Source: a virus
Lineage: Duplodnaviria > Caudoviricetes
Direction: 5' to 3' (one strand)
Length of the DNA stretch: 41,241 bases
IMG/VR virus record: IMGVR_UViG_3300037484_001808
Span: 1 to 41,241 of that record
The translations under genes and the position numbers were made by a program. Position 1 is the stretch's first letter. Every line of letters begins with the position of its first letter. Of the stretch, positions 34,466-41,241 are shown in pieces. The notes under the pieces were generated by a model. That model was given only the letters and a program-made list of their open reading frames with translations. It made no database searches and was not told the DNA's origin.

Positions 34466-34752
34466 ACTGCTCACTGTGTGGAGGATTGACGATGCGAGAA
34501 AAAATGAAATTGGAAAATATTGAGAAAAGATTTAAGACCGTGAGGGCGGAATTAGAGGAGGGTTTATTGAGAGAATATCCGGTAGGAACAGGAGTATCCA
34601 TGATGCTCAGCAGCCGCCAGATCCTTCCGAGTACGGGATGCGTGATAGGGGCAGGCGATCCTGGTACTCTGCGCGTACGAATCGAAAGCATCGGCGGAAT
34701 GGTAAGAGATATCCCTTGGAAGGACATCATAAATAAAAGGGAACCGAAATGA
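34462..34752 (+). CDS. Hypothetical protein
   Basis: ATGA coupling at both ends. Confidence 0.55.
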   Translation: MNCSLCGGLTMREKMKLENIEKRFKTVRAELEEGLLREYPVGTGVSMMLSSRQILPSTGCVIGAGDPGTLRVRIESIGGMVRDIPWKDIINKREPK

Positions 34753-34955
34753 CCTGCCCCCGCTGCGGCTCCAGGATGAGGCTGGAATGGATCGTCGAAC
34801 CGGGCGGGAGGTACATGGCCCGGATCTGCGCGATATGCGGCGAGATCCTGGACCCCCGCATCCTGGCCAACCGGGAAATAAGCCTGAAGCGGGTTCTGAC
34901 CGGTCGGAACCCGCACCCGCGGGAACAGGAGGAAGTGGCTGATGTTGACAGTTGA
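34749..34955 (+). CDS. Zinc-ribbon protein
   Basis: CPRCG...CAICGEILDP.ILANR. Confidence 0.7.
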   Translation: MTCPRCGSRMRLEWIVEPGGRYMARICAICGEILDPRILANREISLKRVLTGRNPHPREQEEVADVDS

Positions 34956-35343
34956 CGAAATCAGACGGGCACTGGAAAAGGAAGGCGAGCTGCCTGCGAG
35001 AACCATGCCCGGAAGGCCCAAAAAGGAGAAAAAGAAAATGGCGCATGCTAGAGAATTTTGCAAAAATCACCCGGAGCGGGCGGTCATGAAAGCGAAGAGC
35101 GGCCGCCCGATGGGATTATGTCCGGAGTGTATAAAAGAAGCCCGCATTAAAGGGGTGAAAAATCGGATGGCGAAAACGGGGAAAACTCCGCGGACCATTC
35201 TCAAGGCGTCTCAAGGCGTCTCAAGGCGTCTCAAGGCGCCGACAGCGGCCGCTCCGGAGATACCCGACAAGCCCCGCCTGGTCCTGGCTGAAACCTTCCC
35301 TTGTCCCAGCTGCGGCGCGCAGCTGATGATCGAGAGGGGGTGA
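34942..35343 (+). CDS. Basic Cys-rich hypothetical protein
   Basis: AGGAGG SD; CKNH..CPEC and CPSC motifs. Confidence 0.65.
   Translation: MLTVDEIRRALEKEGELPARTMPGRPKKEKKKMAHAREFCKNHPERAVMKAKSGRPMGLCPECIKEARIKGVKNRMAKTGKTPRTILKASQGVSRRLKAPTAAAPEIPDKPRLVLAETFPCPSCGAQLMIERG
35199..35238 (+). repeat. Tandem repeat (TCTCAAGGCG)x4
   Basis: Four perfect 10-bp units inside ORF 34942-35343. Confidence 0.95.
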
Positions 35344-35345
35344 GT

Positions 35346-37301
35346 ATGGAAGGATATCAACTGGTTGATCTCGGCCGGATCAAGCCGAGCCCCATGAACC
35401 CCCGGAAGCATTTCGGGGGACCGAAGGATGAAGAGCTGATCGCGTCGGTCCGGAGCAAAGGAGTACTCCAGCCGATCGTGATCCGCCTCTCGGCGGAGGT
35501 ATTGCAAGACGAGGTAACCGGAAGGTTCTATCCCGCCTTTCGCAGAAAAGGAGCGAAGGGACATAACGTTCAGGGCCAAGGGCACGAAAGCAAGGGAGAG
35601 GCAGAGGCTGAACTGGGGAAAATGGCCGGATCGTTTGAGTTTGAGATCGTCGCCGGCGAGCGCCGCTGGCGGGCCGCGTGCGTGGTGGCGAAGGAAACCG
35701 GAGGACTCGCCGGCGCGACGATCCCGGCCATGGTCCGGACCCTGACCGACGACGAGGCTTTCGACGTGATGACCATCGAGAACCTCCAGCGGGAGGACCT
35801 CTCGGAGCGGGATGAGGCGGAGGGCTTCAAGGCCTACCTGGACCGCAAAGGGGAGGAGGCTCTCCCCGACCTGGCATCCCGGACCGGCATCGATCCCCGC
35901 TATATCCGCCGGCGCGTGCGCATCCTGACCCTGCCCACGCAGGTCCTGGAGGCCTGGGAGAAGGGCAAACTGGCCTACGGCCACCTGGAGCAGCTGCGCC
36001 GGCTGGAGGATCCTGGCGAGATCAAACGGTTCTTCAAGGAGGCGCTGGGGTCTTCCGTCGGCTCGTTAAAGGAGGACATCGACCGAATGTCCGTGCCCCT
36101 GGGCAAGGCCGAGTTCAAGCCCTCCGAGGCCGGCTGTGCGAAGTGCCCCAGCAATTCAGAGGTTCAGAACGACCTCTTCGGGACCGCGGAGGGGAAATCC
36201 GTCTGCCTGGATCCCGCGTGCTTCCTGGAAAAAACCCGCCTTTGGCTGACGGAGAACTGGGAAAAGAGCCGGTTCCGGAAGAGGTTTCAGACCAACGGAT
36301 TCCGCTTCCATCGCCATGGAGATAACCTGCAGGCCGAAGGGTTTTATGGATATGTGCCGAAAAAGGAGTGCAAGGTCTGCTCGGATTTTCTGACCATCCT
36401 GAGCGAACATGATCCGTTCGAGCCGTACCAGGGTCTCGCCTGTTTAAACCCTGCCTGTTACAGGAAGACTGTTCACCGATCCTCTTCAGGGCGCCGCCAG
36501 GTGGACCCAAAGGAAATATCGGAGCGCCGGTCTACCGAGCATGGGGTTTTATTCCGGGAAGAGTTCTTCCAGACGCGGATCCCATCGGTATTCTCCAAGG
36601 TAGCCCCCGAGGATCCCCGCGTCGACGCTCTGGCCCTTCTTTCCCTCGTGAGCTCCAACCGAGGCCTCCATTCCTGGTTCTATAAATCCATCCCTCCGGA
36701 TGAGCAGAAGACAATTCCGACGGATAAATTTGGGAGCGAAAATCCGGAGAATGAGGACTGGTTTTGGATAGACCAGAAAGAGATGGCCAGGATTATCAGG
36801 CGCCTGCCGATCCAGTTTATCCGGATGCTGCTGCACGACGCGGCCCTAGAAGTGATCATGCAGAAGGAGTTTGGGCATGATGGCCGGTATCGGGTGGCCA
36901 GCTGGCTGGGTATGGACCTGGGGAAGGAGTGGATGCTTAACCAGGAGTATCTGGAGGCCAAGACCAAGGCTGAAATGCTCTCCATGGGCGAGTCCCTGGG
37001 GATACTTAAAGACCCCAAGGCCCAGGCGTTTCTGTACGAGAAACTGGGGAAGAAGCGCGGCAAGATCGACACCTGCAAAAAGACCGAGCTGATCCGTGTA
37101 TTCCTGGAGAGCGGTGTCGATCTGGCCGGCAAGGTCCCCGACGAGATCCTGGTAAAAGCGCAGAAATGCCGGGTTTGCGGCTGCACAGACGACCACGCCT
37201 GTCCTGGCGGGTGCTACTGGGTCGAAAAGGACCTGTGCAGCGCCTGCGCGGATAAACAAAAAGGCAAGAAAAAATCTAAAAAGAAGGTAGGTGATCAGTG
37301 A
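35346..37301 (+). CDS. Large ParB/Spo0J-domain protein with Cys-rich domains
   Basis: NPRKHF, GVLQPIVIR, IVAGERRWRA, ENLQREDL and HTH; C-terminal CRVCGCTDDHACPGGCYWV..LCSAC. Confidence 0.9.
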   Translation: MEGYQLVDLGRIKPSPMNPRKHFGGPKDEELIASVRSKGVLQPIVIRLSAEVLQDEVTGRFYPAFRRKGAKGHNVQGQGHESKGEAEAELGKMAGSFEFEIVAGERRWRAACVVAKETGGLAGATIPAMVRTLTDDEAFDVMTIENLQREDLSERDEAEGFKAYLDRKGEEALPDLASRTGIDPRYIRRRVRILTLPTQVLEAWEKGKLAYGHLEQLRRLEDPGEIKRFFKEALGSSVGSLKEDIDRMSVPLGKAEFKPSEAGCAKCPSNSEVQNDLFGTAEGKSVCLDPACFLEKTRLWLTENWEKSRFRKRFQTNGFRFHRHGDNLQAEGFYGYVPKKECKVCSDFLTILSEHDPFEPYQGLACLNPACYRKTVHRSSSGRRQVDPKEISERRSTEHGVLFREEFFQTRIPSVFSKVAPEDPRVDALALLSLVSSNRGLHSWFYKSIPPDEQKTIPTDKFGSENPENEDWFWIDQKEMARIIRRLPIQFIRMLLHDAALEVIMQKEFGHDGRYRVASWLGMDLGKEWMLNQEYLEAKTKAEMLSMGESLGILKDPKAQAFLYEKLGKKRGKIDTCKKTELIRVFLESGVDLAGKVPDEILVKAQKCRVCGCTDDHACPGGCYWVEKDLCSACADKQKGKKKSKKKVGDQ

Positions 37302-37522
37302 TGGTGAGAGCGAAATTCATATTCGGGGAAGAGCGAAACAGCGTCGGCGGCTCAAAGACTCTCGTCTTTTGGCCGGAATACGACCGGACGATTCCGGAGG
37401 ATCAGAGATTTTCCGATGCCACTCCGTCCGGCAGACTGGAAATGATGGTAAACAACCCCGCGGCAATTAAACAGTTCGAGTTAGGGAAATCCTATTACCT
37501 GGACTTCACGCCGGCAGGGTAA
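37298..37522 (+). CDS. Conserved small phage protein of unknown function
   Basis: VRAKF...F..ATPSG.LEM.VNNPAA..F..GKSYYLDFTPA motif. Confidence 0.75.
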   Translation: MMVRAKFIFGEERNSVGGSKTLVFWPEYDRTIPEDQRFSDATPSGRLEMMVNNPAAIKQFELGKSYYLDFTPAG

Positions 37523-37629
37523 ACGATTTCCTGCTGCTGCTGCGCGGGAGCGCAGGGTTGTTAAAGGCGGATCTCGGTGCCGGGTGAGGAATCCGGCATC
37601 GGGGCGATTCAAATGATGGGGGGCTTGGG

Positions 37630-38577
37630 GTGCGGGATTACGCCAAGGTCGCGCCGCAGTTCTGGACGGGGAAGACCGGGAAGGAGATCCGGTCGATGGG
37701 GAAAGACGCACAGGTGATCGCCATGTACCTGATGACGGGCCCATCAGCCAACATGCTGGGGCTTTACTATCTTCCCATGTCTACCCTTTGTCATGAGACC
37801 GGAACCCCCTTCAAAGGGGCTTCGAAGGCCCTTCGAAGGCTCTCCGAAGGGGGGTTTAGCCATTATGATGAGGTGTCAGAGCACGTTTGGGTGGTCGAAA
37901 TGGCCCGTTTTCAGATAGGGGAGACACTGAAGCCCAAAGACAACCAGGTTAAGGCCATAAAAAAAGAGCTCCACGGATATAGAAAGACTCTTTTTTTCAA
38001 TGACTTCCTTAAAAAATACAGGGAATCATTTTGCCTTCAAGATGTACCTTTTTCGGAGCCCCTTCGAAGCCCCTTCGAAGGCCCTTCAAAGCCCCTTCGA
38101 AGCCAGGAACAGGAACAGGAACAGGAACAGGAACAGGAACAGGAACAGGAACAGGAACAGGAACAGGAACAGGAAAGGGAGTTTGAGGGAAAACCCAAAG
38201 AGCCTGTGGATAACTCGGGAAACGGCAAAGGCAAAGACGCCCTTGAATTTCCCCAAAAGGAACAACTGACGAACGACGAAAAACACGAACTCGCCACACT
38301 ATGCGAAAAGATCAAGGCCCACTACCGGGGAGATTTCAGGCCTCTCCTTTGGCTCCAGAACCACATTCGCTTGAATTGGCAGACCCACCTGCACGTCATG
38401 CGCCAGATCTCCACCCATTGGCCGGCGGCGCCCAAAGCATATGCGGACCGGATAGCGGAAATTGAAAACGGCAATTTCAACGAAAAGGAGCACGTTGAAG
38501 AGGCCGGAAATATGAAGTCCCTGATGGATTCTTTCCTTGCGGCGGCCAAAAAAATTCAGGAGGGGGGCCATGGATGA
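37630..38577 (+). CDS. Phage replication initiator (wHTH, QE-repeat linker)
   Basis: MRDYAKVAPQFWTG..YLMT.P.ANMLGLYYLP; internal iterons; QEQE linker. Confidence 0.85.
   Translation: MRDYAKVAPQFWTGKTGKEIRSMGKDAQVIAMYLMTGPSANMLGLYYLPMSTLCHETGTPFKGASKALRRLSEGGFSHYDEVSEHVWVVEMARFQIGETLKPKDNQVKAIKKELHGYRKTLFFNDFLKKYRESFCLQDVPFSEPLRSPFEGPSKPLRSQEQEQEQEQEQEQEQEQEQEQEQEREFEGKPKEPVDNSGNGKGKDALEFPQKEQLTNDEKHELATLCEKIKAHYRGDFRPLLWLQNHIRLNWQTHLHVMRQISTHWPAAPKAYADRIAEIENGNFNEKEHVEEAGNMKSLMDSFLAAAKKIQEGGHG
37805..38213 (+). promoter_or_regulatory. Putative replication origin: two 4x11-bp iteron clusters, AT-rich spacer, DnaA box
   Basis: GCCCCTTCGAA-like units at 37805-37848 and 38058-38101; TGTGGATAA (TTATCCACA on minus strand) at 38205-38213. 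Confidence 0.75.
38104..38175 (+). repeat. Microsatellite (CAGGAA)x12 encoding (QE)12
   Basis: Twelve perfect hexamer units. Confidence 0.97.
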
Positions 38578-38803
38578 GGAAGCAATGGGGCGGCCCGAGA
38601 ACGCATGCTTTTCGTGTCAGAGAAAGCTCTACAAGGCAGGTGGTGCCCTACGTTGTCTGTTCTTCAAGTCAAAATCGGTCCAGGCCTGCTCCGATTATTG
38701 CGGCCCCTTCCCCGAGCTACACATCCCCCTCCCCTGGGGAAAGGAGTACTCCGAAAGCCTGTCGAGGGAAAAGGGAAGTAAAAGATCCTCCCGGAGTTTA
38801 TGA
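38570..38803 (+). CDS. Small Cys-rich protein
   Basis: AGGAGG SD; CFSC...C...C..YC. Confidence 0.55.
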   Translation: MDEEAMGRPENACFSCQRKLYKAGGALRCLFFKSKSVQACSDYCGPFPELHIPLPWGKEYSESLSREKGSKRSSRSL

Positions 38804-38812
38804 AAGATTGGA

Positions 38813-40570
38813 ATGAAGACCATTCACCTTGGAGATAGCCTCGATCTGCCGCTCGACTTTGTAACCCAGACACAGGCAATCCTCGCGAAGAGAGGCGCGG
38901 GGAAAAGCTACTGCGCATCGGTTCAAGCGGAGGAGATGCTGAAGGCCGGCCAACAGGTCGTGGTAGTGGATCCCACGGGCGGCTGGTGGGGACTCAAGAG
39001 CTCGGCCGATGGTAAGCATCCGGGGTTCTCCATCGTCATTTTTGGAGGAGAACATCCGGACGTTCCCCTCGAGGAGCATGCCGGAGAAATCGTCGCTTCC
39101 GCAATCATCGAGCACAGGTTCAGCGCCATCCTGGATCTTTCCCTCTTCCGCAAGGGCCAGATGACCAGGTTCATGGGCCCATTCCTTGAGGCCCTTTACC
39201 GCCTGAACCGAGAAGCTATGCACCTGATCGTCGACGAGGCAGACGCGATCGCCCCGCAGCGCCCATTCTCCGATGAGGCCCGGACCCTGGGCGCTATGGA
39301 AGACGTGGTCCGCCGCGGCCGGAAGCGCGGGATCGGATGCACCATGATCAGCCAGCGGCCGGCCGTCCTGAACAAGAACGTCCTCACCCAGGCCCAGATT
39401 CTATGCGCGCTGAGACTGGTCCACCCCAAGGACATAAACGCCATCGAGGAGTGGGTCGACGTCCATGGCGATCAGGAACGGGCCAAGGAGATGATTGCCT
39501 CCCTGCCCTCGCTTCCGATCGGTACCGCCTGGTTCTGGTCCCCCGGATGGGGGGATATCTTCACCAAGGTGAAAATCCGGAAGAGGGAAACCTTCGACTC
39601 CTCGGCAACCCCGGAGGTTGGAAAGGCCGCGGTGAGACCCGCGGTCCTGGCCCCGATAGACATCGGGAAACTCGGTTCCCAGATACAGGCGACGGTCCAG
39701 AAGGCCAAGGAGAACGATCCCCAGGCGCTGCGCCGGCGGATTGCCGACCTGGAGCGCCAGCTTAAACAGGCCCCGGCGAAGATGGACAATGCGGCCCTGC
39801 AGGAGGCGGTCCAGGCAGCCTTGAGAGAGAAAGAAAGGGAATTCCGCGAGCAGTCCAAATCCATCTGGAAAATCATTGTGGACCAACAGAATTCCTTGGG
39901 CAAGATCAAGGAGGAAGCCGAAAGATCCAGGGGGTTCATGTCTCCAATAGAAACCGAAACTGTAAGGGCAAACGAAGTATTCAGCAAAAATTTCCCTCAT
40001 ATGGCCAAAGCGGCGGGTATCTCAGCTGGCAAGTCTGAAGCCTTTCTCGATCGGGTTACTACCTATACCAAGGCAGATAGTCGAGTGGTTCCCACCAATG
40101 GTAAGCTGCGCGCCGGCGCCGAGAGAATGCTGGCCGCTTTGGTCCAGTGGTACCCCGCCGGCATGAAAGAAGGCCAGATGAGATCTCACGCCGGCCTCCG
40201 GAAGAGCGGAACCTTCTCGACCTATATGTCCGATCTGCGATCCCGCGGATTCATCGAATTCCGCGATGGCGAAATCTTCGCCACCCAGTCTGGGCGTCGG
40301 TATTACGGGAATAACCCGCCGCCGGCGCCGGCGACCACTCAAGAGGTCATGGCCATCTGGGAACCCAAGCTGAGGGGAGGGGCCCGGCGGATACTCCAAA
40401 TACTGGTAAATTATCAAGGCAAGGCAATCCCCCTGGCCGAGCTGGCCGAGGCCTCCGGCCTGACCCGATCGGGAACATTCTCCACATACTTATCAGACTT
40501 GCGCACCGCCAGGCTGATCACCACCGGCGCCGGAGTTGCCCGGGCAAACAAGGAAACACTATTTCTTTAA
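38813..40570 (+). CDS. HerA/FtsK-like (DUF87) ATPase with coiled coil and two C-terminal wHTH-like repeats
   Basis: Walker A AKRGAGKS, VVDPTG, Walker B LIVDEAD, RRGRKRG and ISQRP; duplicated SGTFSTY(M/L)SDLR. Confidence 0.88.
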   Translation: MKTIHLGDSLDLPLDFVTQTQAILAKRGAGKSYCASVQAEEMLKAGQQVVVVDPTGGWWGLKSSADGKHPGFSIVIFGGEHPDVPLEEHAGEIVASAIIEHRFSAILDLSLFRKGQMTRFMGPFLEALYRLNREAMHLIVDEADAIAPQRPFSDEARTLGAMEDVVRRGRKRGIGCTMISQRPAVLNKNVLTQAQILCALRLVHPKDINAIEEWVDVHGDQERAKEMIASLPSLPIGTAWFWSPGWGDIFTKVKIRKRETFDSSATPEVGKAAVRPAVLAPIDIGKLGSQIQATVQKAKENDPQALRRRIADLERQLKQAPAKMDNAALQEAVQAALREKEREFREQSKSIWKIIVDQQNSLGKIKEEAERSRGFMSPIETETVRANEVFSKNFPHMAKAAGISAGKSEAFLDRVTTYTKADSRVVPTNGKLRAGAERMLAALVQWYPAGMKEGQMRSHAGLRKSGTFSTYMSDLRSRGFIEFRDGEIFATQSGRRYYGNNPPPAPATTQEVMAIWEPKLRGGARRILQILVNYQGKAIPLAELAEASGLTRSGTFSTYLSDLRTARLITTGAGVARANKETLFL

Positions 40571-40598
40571 TTTTGAAAGGCTGAGGGAAGGAGCGGTC

Positions 40599-40889
40599 AT
40601 GAAAAGAATCCCAATTAAAGCGGCGCGGGCGTTTGCGCAGAAATTTAGCCTGAGTCATGTGATTATCTTTGCGAAAGAAATAAGCGCCCCACCCAATTCC
40701 CGTTGGCGGACTCATGTTATAACCTATGGGGAGACCACCGAAGCCGCTGGTGAGGCGGCTGATATGGGAAATATCTTAAAGCAGCGGATGGGCTGGCCAG
40801 AGCATCTTTGTTGGGAGCAACCTTCCCGTGTTCGTCAGCTTCAGGCTAGAGTCAAGGAATTGGAAGCGAAGCTATCCGCAAACATATGA
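40599..40889 (+). CDS. Conserved hypothetical phage protein
   Basis: AAGGAG SD; IPIKAA..THVITYG..AADMG..MGWP. Confidence 0.65.
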   Translation: MKRIPIKAARAFAQKFSLSHVIIFAKEISAPPNSRWRTHVITYGETTEAAGEAADMGNILKQRMGWPEHLCWEQPSRVRQLQARVKELEAKLSANI

Positions 40890-41182
40890 CTATTGGAGGA
40901 AAGATATATGATCGAAATTGGCAAAAACTAAGGAAAATCAGGTTGACAATCGAGCCCTTTTGCCGGTTTTGCCGAAGAATGGGTAAGCTGACTAGAGCGA
41001 CAATGGTGGACCACATCATCCCGATCCGGGAGGACGACTCCCTGCGGCTGGTCTTGGAGAATACGCAGTCTCTCTGTGATTCATGCCACAATTCCTTGAA
41101 GCAGAAGATGGAAAGCGGAACATACAACCCAGTAGGCGAAGATGGATTGCCGACATCTCCAGAGCATCCATGGAATAAGTAA
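40886..41182 (+). CDS. HNH endonuclease (HK97 gp74-like packaging cofactor)
   Basis: PFCRFC..ATMVDHIIP..NTQSLCDSCHN; adjacent to terS across the genome junction. Confidence 0.92.
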   Translation: MTIGGKIYDRNWQKLRKIRLTIEPFCRFCRRMGKLTRATMVDHIIPIREDDSLRLVLENTQSLCDSCHNSLKQKMESGTYNPVGEDGLPTSPEHPWNK

Positions 41183-41241
41183 TGATTCCCATGGGGTATG
41201 GGGGGGCAAAAACTTTTAAATCTCCGCCCCGGGAATCGGTG
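41183..41241. other. Presumed cos/packaging region (continues into 1-48)
   Basis: Non-coding HNH-terS interval with G-run GGGGGGGCAAAAAC typical of this position; exact cos not identifiable. Confidence 0.5.

Larger units (their letters stand above)
1..41241. mobile_element. Temperate HK97-like siphophage genome, apparently complete, excised/virion form
   Basis: Packaging, head, tail, lysis, integration, immunity and replication modules are all present. HNH at the right end and terS at the left end are the usual cos-flanking pair. attP is intact with phage genes on both sides, and there is no host housekeeping DNA. Confidence 0.93.

Noticed and set aside
38000-38315. ORFs with (RN)n, (VP)n, (CS)n or (FL)n repeats
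   Set aside because: Alternative-frame readings of the (CAGGAA)12 microsatellite in the initiator gene
41183-41196. TGATTCCCATGGG resembling TGATTCCATGGG at 2850-2861 as a shared late promoter motif
   Set aside because: Short imperfect match, and the TTCCCTGAA boxes are absent here; could be chance

Overview
The window looks like an essentially complete ~41.2-kb temperate HK97-like siphophage genome in excised form, opened next to the presumed cos region. Gene order is terS-terL-portal-ClpP-type prohead protease-capsid, three glycosyltransferase-like genes inserted before the head-tail joining genes, tail module with a -1 frameshifted chaperone, lysis cassette, attP (3' half of tRNA-Glu), tyrosine integrase/xis, cI/cro switch, early genes (Acb2/Tad1-like, Gp3-like, RusA, long ParB), replication initiator with internal iterons, HerA-like ATPase and HNH. 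The host is probably diderm (lipoproteins, BamE-like protein). The most striking observation is that the prohead protease ORF extends upstream through an in-frame UGA (4570-4572). This UGA is immediately followed by a bacterial SECIS-like stem-loop, suggesting a phage morphogenesis selenoprotein, with a Sec-independent internal start as well. Other notable points are a candidate virion-glycosylation system with Gly-Ser C-termini on neighbouring virion proteins, a chromosomal-type parS and a second tRNA-like 3' end near attP, and GTAG-type REP hairpins. All family assignments come from motif recognition by eye, and no searches were run.
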